Shown here: piece after piece, positions 56,386-64,000 of the stretch
Layout of the letters: each line of letters begins with the position of its first letter
How positions within the stretch are numbered: the first letter of the stretch is position 1
Translations under genes and position numbers: made by a program
Source of the DNA: Blasia pusilla
Lineage: Eukaryota
DNA length: 64,000 bases
Direction: 5' to 3'
Assembly: GCA_050084515.1 (NCBI GenBank)
Contig: CM114271.1
Coordinates: forward strand, 21,204,001 to 21,268,000
The notes under the pieces: model-generated
Seen by the model: only the letters and a program-made list of their open reading frames with translations
What the model was told of the DNA's origin: nothing
Databases searched by the model: none

Positions 56386-59300
56386 TGTCACGTCTTTTAG
56401 GATAGATCGGTGAGATCTAGTAGAGTACCTTCGCGAGTAGTGGAGAACAGGCTCAGGAGGTCGAGGATGATCTGTTGAGGCCTCGGAAAACGTGAGAGGT
56501 TTCCCCTTTGTTTCGGCTCATGTGGAGCCATATTGAGGAACTTACTATTTTGGGTAAATACCATCTTGAATATATGGTCGAATTTCTATTTTGCGACGTG
56601 GCCCTTGACCTCCTACATCAGGTCAAGAGCCAAGGAGGTGACTTAGGAGCATAGGTTACCATGGAGAGAGCTTGGGAGAGGGAGGGGGTATACCTCAAGG
56701 AGAGAGAGCTTGAGAGCTCATTCTCTCTTTGTTGAACCTCTTGGCACGAGGCGGCGGAGCTATGGTCCCTTGCCTTGTGAGTGTAATCCAAGTCTCTCAT
56801 TAGGAGAGTGGGTTTGGTTTGACATTGAGAGAGACATGTGAGAGCTATGGTGTTGTGAGAGAGATTTGACCTTATTTTACAAAGAGAGGATGAGAGGGTG
56901 AGAGAGCTTCAATGGAGGAGCTCGGTGGTTACTCACTGTTGGTGCAGGTTGGGGACCGTATTCCCCATTGAGCGGCTCATGGGAGTGCTCACCGGAGCAA
57001 GCACTACTTGTTTTACTGTTTTCCATTGTCGATTTTTTGTGTGGAAGAGTGGCGCGCGGAAGCGCTTCCCAAATTTCTTTAGAGATGAAGTTTGGGCACG
57101 GATTTCCCCATTCCAATGCTTCGGGAGCACCAAGTAGCATGTTGGTTTGTGATTTTACAGGTCTGAAGTTTTGACTAGAAGAAATTAGAGTAGAAGCGCT
57201 ACCAATTTTGTCTTATGAGTGCAGATTTGAAGGGCTGTTGATAGTCCCGTCAATTTTTGTCGAAAACTCGAATGAAAAATAAATAAAAAAACTAGCGTCG
57301 TAGATCTCAAAGTTGTGCACGTTGTGGAAGAAATGGTGCGCGATTTTGAGCTATGAGCAAAAATTTATGGTTGATCTTGAAAAATTGCCATTGCTAGGCA
57401 ATTTTTAGGGTAAAATTGTTCAAACCCTAAACTAGCCGCCGTGCCGGCGGCAACCGTCGCCATCAACGGTCAACTGTCACCATCGACGGTCCATCGTCGC
57501 CTTCCACCGTCCGCCGTTGGTTGCCATTGTTGCCGTTACGGAGTGGACGGTCTTCCACGACGACCGTTGATTCTTTGACTTGAGCCGCCACCACGTACTT
57601 TGTTGTGGCCGCCATCGTCATCGTAGTTTCGTCATCAACCAATGATGGCAAGTGACCTCAGGTTGATGGTGTTTGAGTTTTCATTTCATTCTGCTATGTT
57701 GTGATTGGTAGCCGCTCGACGATGATCGAGTACCGTGCCGTGACGCCCGTAGCCGCAACGCGCCGCCGATTGCCGCGTCGTGCCGCTTGTGGTCGCGCTG
57801 CACCGTCTTGATCGTGGAGCCGCTCCTTCACTAAGGTGTAGAGCATGTGTATTTGATTGAGAAGGGCAAGCCGTGGAGTGCCGCATCCCATTTTTGAGTG
57901 CCGTAACATTTTATAGCCATTCTGTGCCGCCAATGCCGCACCGTACCGTTGGATCCGCACTGCATAATGAGGAGATTGAGCATCATCAATACGAGAGGGG
58001 TACGACTTGCTGATTGGAGGATTTTGTCGTCACAACCGAGTTGGGGTCAAGGTTTGCAGTTGCTAAGAAGCAATTGACATTTGTTCAGGTTACCCATTCT
58101 GGTCTTTTGCGTGTACGTGTTAGGGAATTCCGGATATTGGGTAGTTATTTGGGATATTGGGTTTCGTGCAGATACTAAGAGCATCGTTGATGTATGGGTT
58201 TAGGGGACATAGACCTATGTGGGGTGTCCAGAGTTGAGGGTATGTGTTGTTCATGAGATGATAGGACAGTAGTTGATTTGCCGCACCACGCTGCTTGTTG
58301 CCACACAACACACATCTTAGTGAGAGAGAGAGAGATTGAGTGCCGCATGTTAGTTTGAGTGATTGAGTGATTACTTGCGAGGTTGAGAGTGATCGCGTCA
58401 AAGGGGCACGAGGGTCATCACGACATCATTTTGGGACTTTAAGAGGCGAGGTGATGGACCTAAGAGTAGCTCTAGAGGTTTTACGCGGAGTGGCGCGAGG
58501 TTTCGAGGATCTCCACCTGAGGGACCGCCTCGACCTCCTTCTGTGTCATCTTCAGACGAGGGAAAGAGTGTAGAGGAGAGTGTTAGTGCATCACCGCACA
58601 CAATAAGTGGTCCTACGGCTTGGGAGTACGAGATGGACGACCGGGGTAGAGGACCGCATAGGTTTATGGGTGCTATAGGCATTATAGAGTTACACGGCTT
58701 CATTGCGGAGTCTAGGAGTTGGTGTGACTCACAGCGGGCTAAGAAATCTAGAGAGTTCAGCCCGTTTACAACATGGAATGGTATGTTCCACCACCTAGAG
58801 GGGGCATCCATGGACAATTACCATGAGTTCTTCCACAGATATGCCTAGGAGATTGAGGCATGACGACTCTACTATGACCCACATCATGTGTCATGGACGA
58901 AGCCGTTCCTAGATGAGGAGGAGGAGTCATGAGAGGCTACTTCCTCTTCCACTAGTGATATTTTAGGAGGAGTAACTTGCATTGGAGCAGTTGCACTCTC
59001 TACTCGGGTTTGTCCTAGGTTCAACCCCTTGGTTGAGTTCTTTGTTGAGTTGTGGACGAGCTACCAAGGGGTACGGACCGAGAAGTTGCGGAGCATCCAC
59101 GACTTCCAAAGGCGCCCGGTTGAGAGTTTAGGGTTTAGACGGTTGCAGTTACATGGGATGAAGCTACATCCAGGCAAGTGCAAGTTCTTCTACGAGTAGA
59201 TTGAGTACCTCGGTCATACAATATACCCAGGGGGCCTTGGTGTGCAGCAAACGAAGCTAGAGGCTATTTCACGCATTCCACACCCTACACATTTGAGTTG

Positions 59301-59732
59301 AGTTCGTGCATTCATGGGATTAGCGAACTTCTATTGACAATACGTCGAGGGTTTCAATTCGATTGTGAAGCCGCTAACCTTGCTGACCAAGGTGGATCAA
59401 GAGTGGCACTGGGGGAATGAGCATGAGAGAGCATTTCAGCTCCTCAAGGACAGATTGACGTCCGCGCCCATATTGAGGAGACCGATCAGGGGGCGTCTTT
59501 TCCAGTTGCATACCGATTGAAGCATGTTGGGGCTTGCCGCCGTGTTCACCCAGCATGACGATGATGGTAGAGAGTTTGTGGTGGCTTACGCTAGTCCCTC
59601 AAACAACACTATAGAGGCGAAGTATAGCTCGTAAGAGGATGAGTGCTTGGCTGCAATGTGGGTTGTCGCATATTTTAGGTGTTATCTATTCGGCAACCCC
59701 TTTACCATCATTACCGATCATCAACCACTTAA
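56386..59732 (+). mobile_element. Ty3/gypsy-type retrotransposon, copy 2 (same family as 13765-23470), internally deleted and interrupted by copia
   Basis: Repeat A at 56386-56870. Leader and gag are colinear with 14270-16830. At about 59130 gag joins late RT directly (LHGMKLHPGKCKFF), followed by RNase H (FQLHTD*SMLGLAAV, VVAYAS, FTIITDHQPL). Confidence 0.9.
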
Positions 59733-60044
59733 TATTGAAGATTGAGTTACAGTCAAGCTCATGAGACACATGAATTGCTATATTTGGTACTCACACAAAG
59801 TAGGGAAGTTTAATCTTGGTTAGTCACTTAAGCACGATTATCTTAACTATGGTTAGTTAATCACAGTTAGTCTAACTCGAGACTATGGTTAAGGTAAGGG
59901 TTAGGTTTGCTTGTACATACCCTATATAATTAAGAAGAGGACCAGCCTCCACTCATTCTCTCATTGAAAATTTTGTTCTCCATGGTGGTGTGGGTGTGTG
60001 AGAGCCGTTTTCCACCAGTTATGGTTGTTTAGCAGTTTTCCACA

Positions 60045-60056
60045 TGGTATCAGAGC
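60045..60056 (+). promoter_or_regulatory. Primer-binding site for initiator tRNA-Met
   Basis: TGGTATCAGAGC immediately after the LTR-terminal CA. Confidence 0.92.
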
Positions 60057-61543
60057 GATAGGAGAACATCACTTGAAATTCATGGTGTTTGAGGAGAGAA
60101 GAGAGGCAAGAGAAGGCGCAATTTCAGTTTGGGAGAAGGAAGTTTTCTTCAGAGCTCAGTGGGTGCAGATTTCAGGTGGAGCTTTGACGGTGATAAAACT
60201 TTGGAGGCGTTTTTAAAGGCTTTCTCGGTCGATTTAGCCGTCTGGTTCCGCAGCGGCTAGAGCCGTCAAGAGCTTTCCAACACATCCAAATTTGCTTGAT
60301 TCTGACATTCTGAGCTCCTGCAGTAGCAATTTGAGTGTATGAAAGTGCAATTAGTGAAGAAAAGTTGTCCAGTTTGCTCCCTACACGCCAATTTCAACTA
60401 GTTCTTTCATATAGTTGATCAATTTTGGCAAATTTCAGGTCGATTTCTATGTAGGAGTGGTCTATGCTTCAATTGGAGCAGTAAAAAGCCTAAAATTATA
60501 TTTTTGTGAGTGAAATCGTTCATCATGGAGTATTCCTCAACAGCAATCACAAGCGAGAAGCTAGATAAGCATAATTACAATGTTTGGAAGTTTCGCATCA
60601 AACAATTTCTCATGGGTCAAGAACTATGGGAGCTTGTCATAGGTGATGAGGCCAAGCCAAAAGGTGACTCAAAAAACTTGAATGTTCGCGCCTGGAACAA
60701 ACGCGCAAGGCAAGTAATCCACTACATTTCAATAACGATTAGTTCGCCAATGATAGGTCACATTCAAGATGTTGATATTTTGAAGGAGGCCTCGGATGCA
60801 TTGGAAAAGCTGTTCCAGATATCTACAAAAGCCAGAAAGCTTCAATTGAAACAGAAATTGAACGAAGTGAGAAAAGGATTGTAGAGCATGAATGATTATA
60901 TTTTGAGTATTAGACATATTGTTGATCAGTTGAATAGCATTGGAGTGATAGTAGAAGATGATGATCTGATTTTGTTCACTCTTCAAGGCCTTCCAAAGGA
61001 TTACAAATCCTTTGAGACCTCTATGTCTGTGAGAGAGAAGTATCCAACCTTTCAAGAGTTAGTTCCTTTGTTGATCAGTGAAGAGATGCGCCTAGTAGGC
61101 AGCGGTGGCTTGTTTAGTCTGCAAGAGAGTGCGCTATTTGCAGGTTATGGATCAAATAGAGGCAAGGGTCGTGGCAGAAACTTCCATGGTCGTGGTGGAT
61201 ATCAAGCATATGGAGGAAGAGTCACTCAATCAACTACGAACCAATACCAGACACAATCACAAGGTGGTGATGGTGGAAACCGTTGGGGTCGAGGTCAGTA
61301 GCAGAGGGTCCCTGGATCTTGCAATTACTGTGAGATAAAGGGTCACTATGCAAAGTTTTGCTTCAAGAAGAAGGCAGATATGAGAACAAGAGCCTTACAA
61401 CAACAAATATATGTGGAGCAACAACACCAAGAATAGTACCAAGAACAAAAATATTCACAAACGGAGCGTCTCTTGGTCATGACTCATCATATGGGAGCAA
61501 TGGTCAAGAAAGACTCGACAACAGATTGGTATATTGACTCTGG

Positions 61544-62330
61544 GTATCCTGAGTTGTTGTCGGTAGCTGTAGTACAGGGATATCAGCATACACTACCCGC
61601 CAACATCTCTTTGGTGGGTGCGTAGGATCTGGATAGAGTTGGCACCATTCATTTGGTAATTGATGGATGGCCATGTTAGGGTCATTCATCAACTGGCCGA
61701 GGATTTGGATTGCATGATCCGAGGTCAGGGATGTTTTGGGAGATGCTACGAGTAGTTCCACACTTGCATGAGAGTCAAACATGTTCTCCAATCTACATTT
61801 TGGAGAACGTGCCATTTTTTGGAGACACTCGTGCACGTGTGATGACAAATGTGCATCAGGTGAGGTCTTGGTTGGGACCTGCTGTGTTATTAGATGTGGC
61901 AAGAGTTGAATCACGTGCCCATCGTCCATGACTGTGGTGGACAAAGCTGATACCATCAGAGGTACTGAGTCGAGCATACTATGGAGGATGATATTTTGGG
62001 CTCAAGGCGTCGATCTAAGGTGGTGACACGGGATGATAGACCACCGTTGGCCATGGCCAATAGGGTGGGGGATTTGAGGGCAGCCTTACCTATGTTGGTG
62101 AGCTTCCCAACATCCCATGCCTTTCGTCAAGGAGGGCCAGGCATGATTTGGGATGAGGTGACCGAAGCATTGGAGGAGCCTACAGCAGATGAGCGCGAGC
62201 GCGCCATGGGGTTCGCTACCGGTACTACGGCCGTTCCAGGGATGACTGAGGCATCCCGGAGATAGGTGTTGGGGCAGGCGATGGACCTCAACTGTCTCAC
62301 ATGGATAGTCAGCCTATGTATGGCTGAGCA
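61544..62330 (+). pseudogene. Retrotransposon-borne C5 cytosine DNA methyltransferase domain (motifs IV-X), inactivated
   Basis: IHLVIDGWPC*GHS (motif IV, PC at 61671-61676); GLHDPRSGMFWEMLRV; YILENV (motif VI, 61803-61811); LLDVARVESRAHRP*LWW (VIII); EPTADERERAMGF (IX); RR*VLGQAMD (X). Confidence 0.88.
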
Positions 62331-62609
62331 GAGACAGATGCGAGTGTCATCCATGCCGTCACGTCCACGAGTTGGACCATTGCCTATAGGGTCTGTACAG
62401 GCATTGGATGGGGGCAAGAGGAGGAGAGATAGGCACCCATGGACTTCCTGGGACGTCGTTTGAGCAGAGAGTGCAAAGGCGGCCAGAGTAGCACATGTTC
62501 ATTTTTCAGATGTAGAGCATGGTGTAGGAGGTCAGAATGGAGTGGCTGTTGCGGAGATGGCTAGGGTTGCTACATAGCAACCAAAGCCGCAGGTTGCGTC
62601 CTTTCTGAG

Positions 62610-63209
62610 TGAGGTCACGATGGAGACTTGGGAGCCTATGATAGGTCTCAAGTTGATAGGAGGAGAGCGACGGTGAGTTCATAGGTTTCTGAGAGGGCAT
62701 GTCAATTTTTTTGCCTTCAGTATGAGAGACTTGGGTACGCTGAAGGGTCTCAGGATACGGATTGAGTTGGCTAGTGATACGCCAATCTTTCCTCGACCCT
62801 ACAAGTATTCCGATATGGAGCGAGCCTTGATTCAGAGCAAGAGTCAGGACTTGTTGGAGGCAGGACTTGTGGAGTTATCACATGGGGAGTATGCATCTGC
62901 CACAATCATGCCGACGAAGAAGGATATGTATGGCAATTGGACGGATAGGCGGATGTGTGGAGATTACCGTCCTATCAACCGACAGATGAGGTCAGATCGG
63001 TACGCCATGCCTAGTCCTGAGGAGATCTTTGATGCGGTAGGGCATGCAAAGATCTTCAATTCTTTAGATCTCCGTGATGGGTATCATCAGCTTCCTATTA
63101 GGTTGGAGGACAGGGAGAAGATAGCATTATGGGGGATAGATCAGTTCGGGAGAGATTGCTTGTATCATTAGCGGTTCTTACCATTTGGGTTGAAGAACGC
63201 GCCTGCAGA
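62610..63209 (+). mobile_element. Ty3/gypsy RT N-terminal part contiguous with the methyltransferase fragment
   Basis: LLEAGLVELSHGEYASATIMPTKKD...RRMCGDYRPIN...LDLRDGYHQL...FLPFGLKNAPA; the DNA is colinear with 20380-20980 of copy 1. Confidence 0.93.
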
Positions 63210-64000
63210 TGCATCAAATCACATGACCTCACAAGCTAAATGGTTAAGTAGTTTGGAGCCGGTGAAAGATCCTGCCATTGTGCTCACACGAGATGACGCT
63301 CAACATCATATCACGCATACCGGTGAAGTTCCAATAGCATCAGATGGTCTTTGTGCTCGTGGAAATTTTCTCTATGTTCCTACCATTGCAAGAAACTTGA
63401 TCTTTGTAGGACACATAGCAGAACAAGGTTATCAAGTGAAGTTTAACGCAGATGGTTATTTCATTGAAACAATGGATGACCAGACTACGATAGCCAAAGG
63501 AACTAGATCTGGCAGAATGTTCAAATTAGATGTTTCTATGCCAGAGATTCAAACAATAATGTATGGTCAAACAAGCTAACAAGTCACAGATCTAAATATG
63601 TGGCACATTTAGATCTGTGACTGGAGACTGTGATTGGAGAATACATTCTGAAATTGCGTTGTGATGGAGGAGGAGAGTATCTTTCAAAAGAGTTTAATGA
63701 CTATTTACGTCAGAATGACATCCAACATCCAGTGACTTACCGTTACAAAATGGAGTGGTTGAGAGGAAGAATGGACATATTGCTGAAGCGGCACAAGCTA
63801 TGCTAAATGAGAAGAACATGCCTAAGGTCTATTGGGCAAAGGCTGTAGCATGTGCAGTCTTCTTAATCAACCGAACTCCAACAGCAAAAGTGTTTGATAA
63901 AACTCCATTCGAAGTCTTCACAAGAAGTAAACCTGATTTTTCCTTCTTGAAAGTATTTGGCTGTATTTTTTATGCTCATATTCCTTCTGAGAGACGTCAG

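Larger units (their letters stand above)
59733..64000 (+). mobile_element. Ty1/copia retrotransposon (5' LTR, PBS, gag, protease, integrase), continuing beyond the window
   Basis: LTR 59733-60044; PBS TGGTATCAGAGC; gag EKLDKHNYNVWKFRIKQFLMGQELW; zinc knuckle CNYCEIKGHYAKFC; protease WYIDSG / ASNHMT split by an insertion; integrase GGEY, QNGVVERKN, FLINRTPT, LKVFGC. Confidence 0.95.

Noticed and set aside
61544-62330. Host DRM/CMT/MET1 gene or bacterial contamination
   Set aside because: Intronless, linear motif order IV-X (DRM is circularly permuted), no BAH or chromo domain, and continuous with a gypsy RT that has a second copy in this window.

Overview
Eukaryotic, intron-rich plant genomic DNA. 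The element content (CRE-type LINE, PHD-bearing Ty3/gypsy) suggests a non-seed land plant; this is inference only. Five host genes were assembled by hand from GT-AG splice sites: FY/WDR33 (minus, 17 coding exons, 2463-11576), an intronless F-box/kelch gene (33974-35341), a small coiled-coil + single-repeat MYB (THAQKY) gene (minus, 5 exons, 38838-40546), an intronless BPS1/DUF793-family gene (44354-45517) and mitochondrial trans-2-enoyl-CoA/ACP reductase MECR (minus, 10 exons, 47707-52518). Two blocks (about 13.1-32.1 kb and 54.9-64 kb) are nested, decayed transposons. The most notable signal is one Ty3/gypsy-type family present as four pieces. Read together, the pieces show a C5 cytosine DNA methyltransferase domain (motifs IV GWPC[Q]G, VI ENV, VIII, IX, X) just upstream of RT, a PHD finger after the DDE integrase, and an A-ORFs-B-A-B split-direct-repeat layout instead of ordinary paired LTRs with a tRNA primer site. 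All copies here are defective. Also seen: a microsatellite-associated LINE with short derivatives, a CRE-type LINE fragment inside a probable Helitron, two perfect inverted repeats and degenerate minisatellites on both sides of MECR. No database searches were run; family assignments rest on motif recognition.
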